From a virus (taxonomy: Duplodnaviria > Caudoviricetes): 64,000 nt of DNA. The notes under the pieces were generated by a model. That model saw nothing but the letters and a program-made list of their open reading frames with translations, was not told where the DNA came from and searched no databases. The position numbers and the translations under genes were made by a program. The DNA is taken from IMG/VR virus record IMGVR_UViG_2731957888_000002, positions 6,959-70,958 of that record. One strand, 5' to 3'. Positions 8,495 through 17,509 of this stretch are shown here, one piece after another; position 1 is the stretch's first letter, and every line of letters starts with the position of its first letter.

Positions 8495-9874
8495 TGGATC
8501 ACGGGCGCGATCGACCAGGCGGTCGCGAACACCGTCGGAGCGGGCCTGCGCCCGCGCCTGATGCCCGACGCCGCAGCCCTCGGCTGGACCGAGGACGAGG
8601 CGACGGACTGGGCCGCGCGCGTCGAGGGCCGGTTCCTCGGCCTGTGGGCGAACAACCCCTACGAGTGCGACATCGAGGGGCGGCGCACCTTCGGGCAGAT
8701 GCAGGCGGCGGGATACCGCTCCTGGTTCGGTCCGGGCGAAATCGTCTCGGAATGCGCCTGGAAGCGCCGGCCCGGCGCGACCTACGGGACGAAGGTCCGG
8801 ATGATCCCGGCCCATCGCCTGTCGCAGCGCACGAGCAATCCGCGGCTGGTCCAGGGCGTCCAGATGGACGCCGACTGGATGCCGATCTCCTACTGGTTCT
8901 GGCGCCGCGGCGCGCCGGTCGGGGCCGAGCAGGAGATCGAAATCGAGGCGCGCGACCGCTACGGCCGGCCGCGGATCGTCCACGTCTTCGACGGCGTGCC
9001 CGGGCAGTACCGCGGGATCTCGCCGCTGGTCTCGGCGCTCGCGACCGCCCGGCGGTTCGAGCAACTCACCGAGGCAAAGCTCACGGCGAACCTGATCCAG
9101 GCCGTGTTCGCGGCCACGATCAAGTCGGACGAGCCGACCGAGGAAGTCCTGAAGGGTCTGATGACCCCGCAGGAATACGCCCGGATGCAGAGCGAGGGCA
9201 TGTCGGTCTTCGACGCCTGGGCGGCGATGAACGACGGGTGGTACAAGAACACCCAGATCGACCTCGGCACGAACGGGCGTTTCGCGCACCTCTTCCCGGG
9301 CCAGGAACTCGAATTCCACGCCAACGCGCAGAACGCGGCCGACTTCAAGGACCTGGCGCTCTTCCTCCTGCGCGAGATCCTGCGCTGTCTCGGCCTGACC
9401 TACGAGAGCGGAACAGGCGATTATACCGGCGCCACCTACTCGTCGGTCCGCATGGCAGTGAACGAGATCTTCAAGATCACCGAGTACCGCCGGAAGAACA
9501 TCGTCGCTCCGTTCTCGACCCCGCACTTCATGTGCTGGCTCGAGGAGGACATCGCGGCCGGCAACACGCCGTTTCCGGGAGGGGTCGACGCCTTCCTGGA
9601 AAAGCGGACGGCGGCCTGCCGCATCGAGTGGGTCGGGACGCCCAAGCCCGAAGCCGACAACCTCAAGACGGCCAAGGCGCACGAGACCTATCGCAACATG
9701 GGCGTGCTCACCGACGAGGTGATCTGCGCCGACCTCGGGCTCGATGTCCACGACGTCTACAAGCAGCGCGCCCGGGAGATGCGCATGCGCCAGGCGATGG
9801 GCCTGCCCGAGAACGGGCCGGCCCCGACGCCCGACCCGGTCGCCGACAAGCTCGCGGTGCAGGAGGATCAGTAG
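8483..9874 (+). pseudogene. Lambda-family portal protein, interrupted (N-terminus missing)
   Basis: Frame reads HNSGWITGAIDQAVANTVGAGLRPRLMPD from 8483, with an in-frame TGA at 8465 and no start codon before 8561; portal motifs GQYRGISPL and GDYTGATYSSVR. Confidence 0.85.
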
Positions 9875-10126
9875 GTGGCCGACATCACGACGGTCGACCT
9901 GACCGACCCCTGCGCTGCGGCGGCCGCGCTGACCACCGCCTACTACACGCTGATCTCCGGCCAGCAGGAGCAGCGCATCCGCTTCAAGAACGGCGACGTG
10001 GACGAGGACGTCTGGTTCACGCCCGCCAACGTCGAACGGCTGCGGACCGAGATGCTGCGCCAGCAGGGTCTCTGCCAGGCCAAGATCTCGGGCCGCTCCC
10101 CGCGCTTCTGCGCCACCGCGGGCTGA
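9875..10126 (+). CDS. Head-tail joining protein, gpW-like
   Basis: GGAGG RBS; AYYTLISGQ..IRF..V.F..ANVERLR pattern. Confidence 0.75.
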   Translation: MADITTVDLTDPCAAAAALTTAYYTLISGQQEQRIRFKNGDVDEDVWFTPANVERLRTEMLRQQGLCQAKISGRSPRFCATAG

Positions 10127-10147
10127 GAGCCCGCCCGCGAGGGTTTC

Positions 10148-11656
10148 ATGCAGTACCACCGCATCGCCGGACAGTTCTTCAACCGGCCGCTGCTGCTCAC
10201 GCCGCCCGCCGCCGACACGATCTCGAACTTCATCCTCTCTCGGGTCGGTGGCCCGGAGATGCGCGCCGGTGACGCCGACGAGCACACCGCGCAGAAGTCG
10301 ACGACCTTCTTCCCGGCCCAGGCCGGCGGGGATGGGACGCTGACGGTGCACACGCCGCAGGCCTCGCGCTTCTACGGCGAGACGCCGCTCTCCGAGGACG
10401 GCTCGCGCCGCCCGCTCCCCTTCCGCCGCACGGCCGAGGGCGTCGCGATCATCACCCTCGTCGGCGAGTGGGTGAACCGCGGCGGCTGGATCGGCGCCTC
10501 GTCCGGACTGATCTCGTACGAGGGGTTCAAGGTCCAGATGCTCGCCGCCGCGGCCGACCCGCGCACGAAGAGCATCCTTCTCGACCTCGAATCGCCCGGC
10601 GGTGAAGCCGTCGGCGCCTTCGAGGCGGCGGCGGTGGTCCGGCGGGTCGCGGCCGAGAAGCCGGTGACCGCGCTCGTCAACGGCATGGCGGCGTCCGCCG
10701 CCTACGCCATCGCGTCGGCCGCCAACCGCATCGTCTCGATCCCGACCGGCATCTCGGGCTCGATCGGCGTGGTGATGATGCACCTCGACCTGTCCGAATA
10801 CCTGAAGAAGGAGGGCATCAAGCCGACCTTCATCCATGCCGGTGCGCGCAAGGTCGACGCCAACCCCTACCAGGCGCTGCCGGCCGACGTGCGTGACCGC
10901 CTGCAGGGCGAGATCGACGACTTCTACGCCCTCTTCGTCCAGACGGTCGCCGCAGGGCGCCCGGGCCTGACGGAGAAGGCGATCCGGGCGACCGAAGCCG
11001 ACACGTTCATGGGCGCTGATGCGCTGGACGCCGGCCTCGTCGATGCGCTCGCCTCCTTCGAGGAGGTGCTCGCCGAACTCTCCACCGACAAGAGCCCTGC
11101 CGGGCGCAATCCTCCAGGAGCAAGCATGTCCGCCCACACCACCGCGACCGCCCTCGCCGCCCTCGCCACCGCCGGTGCCGCCGCCACCCCGACCAGCATT
11201 CCGACCGCGACCGCGCTGCCGGCCGCCGGCCCCGTCGCCGGCGTGCCGCAGGCCGACTTCGACGCGGCGGTGGCCCGCGCCCGCGCCGAGGGCCATGCCA
11301 CCGGCCTCGCCGAGGGCACTGCGGCTGGTGCCTCGGCCGAGCGGACCCGGATCAAGTCGATCCTGGGCAGCGACGAAGCCAAGGGCCGCGAGGCAATGGC
11401 GAGCCATCTCGCCTTCGCCACCGACCAGGCGCCGGAAGCGGCTGTCGGGCTGCTCGCCACCGCCCCGAAGGCCGCTGCGCCGAGCCCGGCCAGTCTCGAC
11501 AGCCGCATGGCCGGCCGGATCGAGCTCAACCTCGACGCCGACGCTCCGCCGGCCGGACAGACCGGCGCGAAGCAGGAGGGCGCCGCTGACTGGGCCGACA
11601 TCGCCGCCGCGGCCAACGCCCGCCTGCCGGCGGGTGCCCGCGTCCCGGGCCGCTAA
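10148..11656 (+). CDS. S49 family prohead protease with scaffold-like C-terminus
   Basis: LDLESPGGE, MAASAAYAIASA, GSIGV motifs; Ala-rich C-terminal domain as in lambda gpC/Nu3. Confidence 0.92.
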   Translation: MQYHRIAGQFFNRPLLLTPPAADTISNFILSRVGGPEMRAGDADEHTAQKSTTFFPAQAGGDGTLTVHTPQASRFYGETPLSEDGSRRPLPFRRTAEGVAIITLVGEWVNRGGWIGASSGLISYEGFKVQMLAAAADPRTKSILLDLESPGGEAVGAFEAAAVVRRVAAEKPVTALVNGMAASAAYAIASAANRIVSIPTGISGSIGVVMMHLDLSEYLKKEGIKPTFIHAGARKVDANPYQALPADVRDRLQGEIDDFYALFVQTVAAGRPGLTEKAIRATEADTFMGADALDAGLVDALASFEEVLAELSTDKSPAGRNPPGASMSAHTTATALAALATAGAAATPTSIPTATALPAAGPVAGVPQADFDAAVARARAEGHATGLAEGTAAGASAERTRIKSILGSDEAKGREAMASHLAFATDQAPEAAVGLLATAPKAAAPSPASLDSRMAGRIELNLDADAPPAGQTGAKQEGAADWADIAAAANARLPAGARVPGR

Positions 11657-11695
11657 GGCCCGCCCCGCCGACACCTCTCCTGGAGCACCTCACCC

Positions 11696-12367
11696 ATGGC
11701 CTACACCCAGACCGAGAACCCCGCGGCCCTGACGTTCCTCGTCAGCGAGAGCGAGGGCCCCTTCCAGACCCGCGACGTGGTCAAGGTGCCGGTGAACACC
11801 GCGCTCCTGCCCGGCATGGTGCTCGGCGCCTACACCCTCGGGGCCAACGCGACCGCCTCCACCGCGGCCGATGCCGGCAACACCGGCAACGGCACCATCG
11901 CGATGGACGGCACGACCCCGATCCTCCCGGCCGCGGTCGACGGCATCTACCGGGTCGTCTTCAACGGCGCGACGACCTTCACGGTCGAGGACCCGAACGG
12001 CAAGGAGATCGGCAAGGGCTCGGCCGGCACGCCCTTCGCCAAGGGCGTCAAGTTCACGATCACCGCGGGCGGCACCGCGTTCGTGGCCGGTGACGCCTTC
12101 TCGGTCACCGTCGGCGTCGAGAGCAACACGAGCGACCGGCGCCACGTCCCGCTCAACCTCTCGGCCACCGACGGTTCGCAGAACGTCGCCGGCATCGCCG
12201 GCTACCGGGTCGTCGCCGACGCCCTGGTCGAGAAGCGCACCACCGCGATCACCAGCGGCCCGGCCGAGGTCCGTGGCGCCGACCTGATCTGGCCGGCCGG
12301 CATCACCGCGGCCCAGAAGGCCGAGGGCATCGAGCAGCTGCGCCGCCTCGGCATCAAGGTTCGCTGA
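11696..12367 (+). CDS. Head decoration protein
   Basis: FLVSESEG..RD, GMVLG, LIWPAGIT...LRRLGIKVR; lies between protease and capsid. Confidence 0.85.
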   Translation: MAYTQTENPAALTFLVSESEGPFQTRDVVKVPVNTALLPGMVLGAYTLGANATASTAADAGNTGNGTIAMDGTTPILPAAVDGIYRVVFNGATTFTVEDPNGKEIGKGSAGTPFAKGVKFTITAGGTAFVAGDAFSVTVGVESNTSDRRHVPLNLSATDGSQNVAGIAGYRVVADALVEKRTTAITSGPAEVRGADLIWPAGITAAQKAEGIEQLRRLGIKVR

Positions 12368-12470
12368 TCCGCGCCGCCGGCCTCACGGGCCGGCGCGCCC
12401 CTCACCCCCGATCCTACCCACACGGGCGCACGCGCGAGCGGCGCCCTTTGTTATTGAAGGGCTGCCCTCC

Positions 12471-13496
12471 ATGCTCACCATGGACGTGTTCCGCGGCGAT
12501 GCGTTCTCCGCCGTCTCGCTCACCGCCGCCGTCGACAAGTTCGGCTACGTCCCGGGCTTCCTCGGTTCGATCCCCGGCCTCATCGTCGACACCCCGGTGC
12601 GGACCCGCGACGTCTGGATCGAGGAGCGTGCCAACGCCCCGGCCCTGATCCAGACCAGCCCGCGCGGCGCTCCGCCGAACCAGAAGGGCGGCGACAAGCG
12701 GACCGCTCGCTCGTTCCGCACCGTGCGGCTCGCGGACGCCTCCCGGATCTATGCCGACGAGCTTCAGGACATCCGCGCCTTCGGTGGCGAGACCGAGCTC
12801 AAGCAGCTCCAGGGCGAGGTCGCCCGCCGTCAGATGAAGATCAAGCAGGATTTCGACCTGACGAACGAGAACATGCGGCTCGGCGTGATCCAGGGCCTCG
12901 TGCAGGACGCCGACGGCTCGACCATCACCGACTGGTACCAGGAGATGGGACAGTCGCAGGACGCGGCGTTCTCGTTCAACTTCTCGTCCGTCGCGGTGGA
13001 CGGCGACTTCCTGGCCCAGTGCAATGCGGTCAACCGGCAGGTGATGCGGCGCCTCCAGGGCGTCGGCGGCACCGGCGTGGCGGTCCACGCGCTGTGCGAT
13101 GACAATTTCTGGGACGCCTTCACCAAGCTCAAGGAGGTTCGCGACACCTATCGCTACGCGATGCAGGCGCTCGCCCTCCAGAACGACTTCGGCAAGGCCT
13201 GGACGTCGTTCAAGTACGGCAACATCACGTGGCACAACTACCGCGGCACGGACGACAATTCGACCGTGGCGGTGCCGCAGAACACCTGCAAGTTCTTCCC
13301 GGTCGGCGCCGGCATCTTCCAGCGCGCGCTCTCGCCGGGCGAGAAGTTCGAGTTCGTCAACACCCTCGGCCAGGCCGAATACTCCTGGATCGTGCCGGAC
13401 CGCGACCGCGACATGTACGCGGACATCGAGATGTACTCGTACCCGCTCTACGTCTGCACGATGCCGCAGGCGCTGCAGCGCGGCGTGGCCGCGTAA
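12471..13496 (+). CDS. Major capsid protein (lambda gpE-like)
   Basis: FSAVSLTAAV, ELQDIRAFG, G.V.DADG, VNTLG, SYPLYVCTMPQAL. Confidence 0.92.
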   Translation: MLTMDVFRGDAFSAVSLTAAVDKFGYVPGFLGSIPGLIVDTPVRTRDVWIEERANAPALIQTSPRGAPPNQKGGDKRTARSFRTVRLADASRIYADELQDIRAFGGETELKQLQGEVARRQMKIKQDFDLTNENMRLGVIQGLVQDADGSTITDWYQEMGQSQDAAFSFNFSSVAVDGDFLAQCNAVNRQVMRRLQGVGGTGVAVHALCDDNFWDAFTKLKEVRDTYRYAMQALALQNDFGKAWTSFKYGNITWHNYRGTDDNSTVAVPQNTCKFFPVGAGIFQRALSPGEKFEFVNTLGQAEYSWIVPDRDRDMYADIEMYSYPLYVCTMPQALQRGVAA

Positions 13497-13502
13497 GCCG
13501 GC

Positions 13503-13895
13503 ATGTCCCGGTCTTCCGCCCGCCGCGCCCGCGTGGCGGGCGTGATCGACCGCCAATGGGGGGAGAGCTTCACGCTCTCCCCCCGCTCGACGCCGCCCGG
13601 TGATCGGTCGGCCCGTCCGGGGCCGGACCCGAGCCGGGCCCCCTTCGACTTCATCGGCCGCTTCACGAGCGCCGCCGACGAAATCCGGGGCCGCGACCGC
13701 AACGTCTCGATCCAGATGACCCGACCGATGGTCTCGTCCTCACCGACCGTCACGGTCGTGAGAACGAACCTGCGCGGCGAGATTCGCGAGGGCGATCTCC
13801 TGAAGCGGGACGAGACCGGCGAGACCTTCATCGTCGGCCAGATCCCGGATGGGCGCTTCGAGCGCCTCGTCATCAAACTGCGAGCCGGCGCATGA
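13503..13895 (+). CDS. Putative head-tail adaptor
   Basis: Position after capsid; IREGDLL...ETFIV beta-rich motif. Confidence 0.6.
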   Translation: MSRSSARRARVAGVIDRQWGESFTLSPRSTPPGDRSARPGPDPSRAPFDFIGRFTSAADEIRGRDRNVSIQMTRPMVSSSPTVTVVRTNLRGEIREGDLLKRDETGETFIVGQIPDGRFERLVIKLRAGA

Positions 13896-14701
13896 GCCTG
13901 ACCCGTACCGCCGCACGGCTCGCCCTTTATCAGGCGCTTCTCGCCGATCCCGTCGTCACGGCGATCTGCGGCGATGCGATCTACGACAGCCGGATCGGCA
14001 ACTTCTCCGCCCGTGAACCGGTGCCGGTGGTGATCCTCTCGACCGAGGGGGCCAAGGGCGAGGCGTGGGACAGCCAGAACGGCGGCCCCTCCTTCAAGGA
14101 AGTGTCCGGTCTGACCTTCGAGATGGCGTTGCGCGCCGTCGAGTTCGACGAGACGGGTGCGATCGTCGGCTACGCGACCCCGATCACCGACCGGGAGATG
14201 GAGGCGACCCTCGACGCGCTCGAGGATCGCATCCTCGAGATCGCAGCCGGCAAGGCGCTCGCGGGCAGTACGAGCCTGTCGCCCGAACTACGCGCTGTCC
14301 GGAGCGTCGTACGTCGCCTCGCGCACTACGAGAGCGAGCGCTTCACGGCCGATGACGTCGGCGAGAAGCTCGCGATTCGGCTGCTCACCGCACATGTCGA
14401 GTTGATCGGTGACGACACCCCGGCATCGATCTGGGACGCCCCGACCGGGCCGTTCGCGCGCCTGCCCGACCCTTTGCGCACGATCTGCGCCGGCCTGCCA
14501 GAGGGATCGTCCGGTCACCAGACCTGTGTCCTGATCGCCTCGAAATACCCCGTCCCGGCATCTCCCGCGGGAGCGGTCGGCGGCGGGCCCGCGAGCGTCG
14601 GGCTAACGCTCGCCCCGCAGCCGCTCAACGCGGGCGTGCCGCCCGTCGGCCCGGGCCAGAACCCGCCCCAGACCGGGCTCGTCGTCCCTCTCGGAAGCTG
14701 A
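13892..14701 (+). CDS. Putative tail completion protein
   Basis: Position; IYDSR...PVVILST pattern. Confidence 0.55.
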   Translation: MSLTRTAARLALYQALLADPVVTAICGDAIYDSRIGNFSAREPVPVVILSTEGAKGEAWDSQNGGPSFKEVSGLTFEMALRAVEFDETGAIVGYATPITDREMEATLDALEDRILEIAAGKALAGSTSLSPELRAVRSVVRRLAHYESERFTADDVGEKLAIRLLTAHVELIGDDTPASIWDAPTGPFARLPDPLRTICAGLPEGSSGHQTCVLIASKYPVPASPAGAVGGGPASVGLTLAPQPLNAGVPPVGPGQNPPQTGLVVPLGS

Positions 14702-14703
14702 CC

Positions 14704-14925
14704 ATGAAGAAGCTGATCAAGCCGGCCGTTCCCGGGGCCTCGGTCCCCGACGTCGAGCGCGGGCGCGACCTGCCGGCCGAGGGTCTGGTGCTCGACTGGA
14801 CCCCGCACTGGGCGCTGATGGAGCGCCGGGGCGACATCGTTGCCGAGGACCCGCCGGTGGAGGTCGCGGACGCCACCACGGAGGCCGCTGCGGACGAAGC
14901 CGCACCCGTCCGCGCCCGGCGCTGA
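14704..14925 (+). CDS. DUF2635-like small protein (Mu gp38-like)
   Basis: V.D...LPAEG.V..TPHW....RGDIV, directly before the sheath gene. Confidence 0.8.
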   Translation: MKKLIKPAVPGASVPDVERGRDLPAEGLVLDWTPHWALMERRGDIVAEDPPVEVADATTEAAADEAAPVRARR

Positions 14926-14958
14926 TCCCTTTCGCTTCTCCCGCCCTCCCCCATCCCC

Positions 14959-14986
14959 AAGGCCGCCTCACCGGGCGGCCTTTTTC
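14959..14986 (+). terminator. Rho-independent terminator inside the late region
   Basis: GGCCGCCT-CACC-GGGCGGCC followed by TTTTT. Confidence 0.75.
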
Positions 14987-15003
14987 GTTGGAGCTGACAC
15001 CCG

Positions 15004-16557
15004 ATGGCCGCCTCCCAGGTCGCGTTCAACCAGGTCCCGGGCGACATCCGGGTCCCGGTCTTTGCAGCCGAGATCAATGCGGGCCCGCCGAACGCGCGTG
15101 GGCCCTCGCCGCAGTATGTCCTCGGCCGCTCGCTCGCCGGTGCGTCGTCGGTGCCGCTGACCCCGGTCCCGGTTGGCTCGACCGATCCGAACACTCTGTG
15201 CGGTGTCGGCTCGATCGGAGCCGAGATGATCGCCTATGCGCGCCAGATGAACGCGCTCGGGGAGATGTGGTACGTCGACGTCGGTGTTCCGACGAGCGGC
15301 GCGGCCGCGGCGGGTGCGATCACCATCGCCGGCACCGCCACCGCGGCCGGCGCCCTCGTCGTCTTCATCGGCGGCGAGCGCTACCAGGTCGGCGTCGGCG
15401 CCGGCGACCCCAAGAACGTCGTCGCGACCGCGCTGACGGCGAAGATCAACCAGGGCTACGTCAAGTTCGGCCGCCGGCTCGGCGCGCCGGTCGTCGCCGC
15501 GGTCGACGGCACCGACCCGGGCAAGATCAACCTCACGTTCCGCCATGTCGGCGCCGAGGGCAACGATCTCCGGATCGAGATGGGTCTCGACGGCGACGAG
15601 GTGACGCCGGCCGGTCTGACCGTGACCCTGACGGCCATGTCGGGTGGCGCGGGGCTCCCGGATCTCGGCGCGGTCCTGGCCTCGCTCGGCAACCGCCCGG
15701 CCGACTTCATCACCGCTCCTTACGCGCTCGCCGCCGACCTCAACGCCGCCGGCGCCTTCCTGGCGGATACCGGCACCGGACGTGCCGCCCCGCTGGTCGG
15801 GCTCGACGGCCACTACATCACGGCCAAGAACGGCAACCTCTCGGCCCTGACGAGCTTCGGCGTGACCCGCAACGATCGCCACGCGACGGTGCTGGGCATC
15901 AACGGGATGCCGACCTCGCCCTGGTGCATCGCCGCCGCCCTCGGCGGCGCCATCGCGTTCTACAAGAACCTCGGGCGCGAGTTGAAGACCGCGGTCGAGA
16001 TCGTGCGCCCGATGCAGACGATCGTGCTCGCGGGCGTGCGGGGGCCCAAGGACCCGATCGCGATCTTCGGCCTGGCCGACCGCGACACCCTGTACCGGAA
16101 CGGCATCTCGGCGCTGGTCGTCAACGCCGACGGGTCGGTCGCGCTCGACCGGGTGGTCACCACCTATCGCAGCAACCCGGCCGGCCTGCCCGACACGACC
16201 TTCCTCGACATCGAGGAGGTGTTCGCCTCGGTCTACGCCAAGCGGCACTTCAAGACCCGGCTCGTCGGGACCTATCCGCGGCACGCCCTGCGCGAGGACA
16301 ACCCGAACAACATCCAGGGCGTCGTCACCCCGACGCAGCTGCGTTCTTGCATCGTGCATGCCGCAACCGAGCTCAACGTGGCGGGCGTGCTGCGCCAGCT
16401 CGATCTCTTCGTCGCGAACCTGATCGTCGACGCCGACTACGACAACGACCGGGCGAACTTCTACCTGCCCGTCGCGGTCACGGCGCAGCTCCGCGTCTTC
16501 GCGGTCAACGAGACGATCTTCACGAACCTTACCGAGGCGAACGCCTCCGGCCTCTGA
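15004..16557 (+). CDS. Tail sheath protein (Mu-like)
   Basis: F.QVPGDIRVP.F.AE N-terminus, RVVTTY, VVTP C-terminal motifs. Confidence 0.92.
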   Translation: MAASQVAFNQVPGDIRVPVFAAEINAGPPNARGPSPQYVLGRSLAGASSVPLTPVPVGSTDPNTLCGVGSIGAEMIAYARQMNALGEMWYVDVGVPTSGAAAAGAITIAGTATAAGALVVFIGGERYQVGVGAGDPKNVVATALTAKINQGYVKFGRRLGAPVVAAVDGTDPGKINLTFRHVGAEGNDLRIEMGLDGDEVTPAGLTVTLTAMSGGAGLPDLGAVLASLGNRPADFITAPYALAADLNAAGAFLADTGTGRAAPLVGLDGHYITAKNGNLSALTSFGVTRNDRHATVLGINGMPTSPWCIAAALGGAIAFYKNLGRELKTAVEIVRPMQTIVLAGVRGPKDPIAIFGLADRDTLYRNGISALVVNADGSVALDRVVTTYRSNPAGLPDTTFLDIEEVFASVYAKRHFKTRLVGTYPRHALREDNPNNIQGVVTPTQLRSCIVHAATELNVAGVLRQLDLFVANLIVDADYDNDRANFYLPVAVTAQLRVFAVNETIFTNLTEANASGL

Positions 16558-16623
16558 TCCGGCCGCGCCGCGCGCCCGTCGCGCGCGGCTGCCCGCCGCT
16601 GACGCCTCACAGGAGCACAGGAC

Positions 16624-16995
16624 ATGGACACCAAGGGTGGTCGTTACACGATCGACATCGGCGGCCGCCGGTACTCCGGCCGCGGTGAGGCGAAGATCCG
16701 GCCGGCGCGGGCGGTGAACGCCAACGGCGTCAACTGGGACGGCACGGCCTATTCGATGGTCGCCCCGAAGCTCGCCGCCATCGAACTCAGCTTCGATCGT
16801 GGCCGCGGTCTTCCGTGGGACGAGACCATGCTGCTCGACAAGCCGAACGTCACCTTCGAGGAGACCGATGCCGGCGTCGTCCACTACTTCACCGCCGCCG
16901 GCTGGGACGGCGAGCCGGAGATCAACACGAAGGACGGCGAGGTCACGGGCCTGAAGCTCGAATCCGACCAGTACCGCCAGCAGTCCACGCGCTGA
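16624..16995 (+). CDS. Tail tube protein (Mu-like)
   Basis: Follows sheath; EINTKDGEV motif. Confidence 0.85.
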   Translation: MDTKGGRYTIDIGGRRYSGRGEAKIRPARAVNANGVNWDGTAYSMVAPKLAAIELSFDRGRGLPWDETMLLDKPNVTFEETDAGVVHYFTAAGWDGEPEINTKDGEVTGLKLESDQYRQQSTR

Positions 16996-17052
16996 TCCGT
17001 CAGGGCCGGCGCTCTGCGCGCCGGCCGCCCCTCCTCACCAGGACCGTAGACC

Positions 17053-17427
17053 GTGGCGACCAAGAAGATCACCCTCGACAAGCCGATCACCGGGCACAAG
17101 GTCATCCGCGAACTGGAGTTCCGCGAGCCGCGCTGGGACGACATCATGGAGATCGGCGACGTCTACGTGTGGACGCCGCGGGGCGACGGCTACCAGATCC
17201 CGACCCCGCTCTACGGGAACATCAAGGCGTATTCCGAGCGGCTGATCGTGGAGGGCGACAAGCCCGGCGACCCGATCAACCTGACGCTGCTCGGCGTGTC
17301 GGACACCCGCAAGGTGAAGGACGCGATCATGGATTTTTTCCTCGCCGTCGATCCGATGATGACCCGTGGCTCGACGGCGTCGTCGAGCGACTCTTCTTCG
17401 ACGTCGGGATCCAGCCCGACACCCTAG
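17053..17427 (+). CDS. Tail assembly chaperone (gpG-like), with predicted -1 frameshift extension to 17510
   Basis: ITLDKPI...ELEFREP; lies between tube and TMP; slippery T TTT TTC at 17334-17340. Confidence 0.85.
   Translation: MATKKITLDKPITGHKVIRELEFREPRWDDIMEIGDVYVWTPRGDGYQIPTPLYGNIKAYSERLIVEGDKPGDPINLTLLGVSDTRKVKDAIMDFFLAVDPMMTRGSTASSSDSSSTSGSSPTP
17334..17340 (+). promoter_or_regulatory. Programmed -1 ribosomal frameshift site
   Basis: GAT TTT TTC; the -1 frame stays open to TGA 17510 (…LGRMTISQLLWWWG…), overlapping the TMP ATG. Confidence 0.75.
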
Positions 17428-17509
17428 GCCGGATGACGATCTCGCAGCTCCTGTGGTGGTGGGGGTGCGCCGTCGACCGGGCTGAACGCAGGCAGCAAGG
17501 CGGGTCCTG

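Noticed and set aside
8456-11674. 1072-aa minus-strand ORF, and similar long ORFs at 14968-16884, 17327-19588, 28665-31895, 28813-32007 and 43242-45491
   Set aside because: Shadow frames of recognisable phage genes in high-GC DNA; Arg/Gly/Pro-rich with no motifs.
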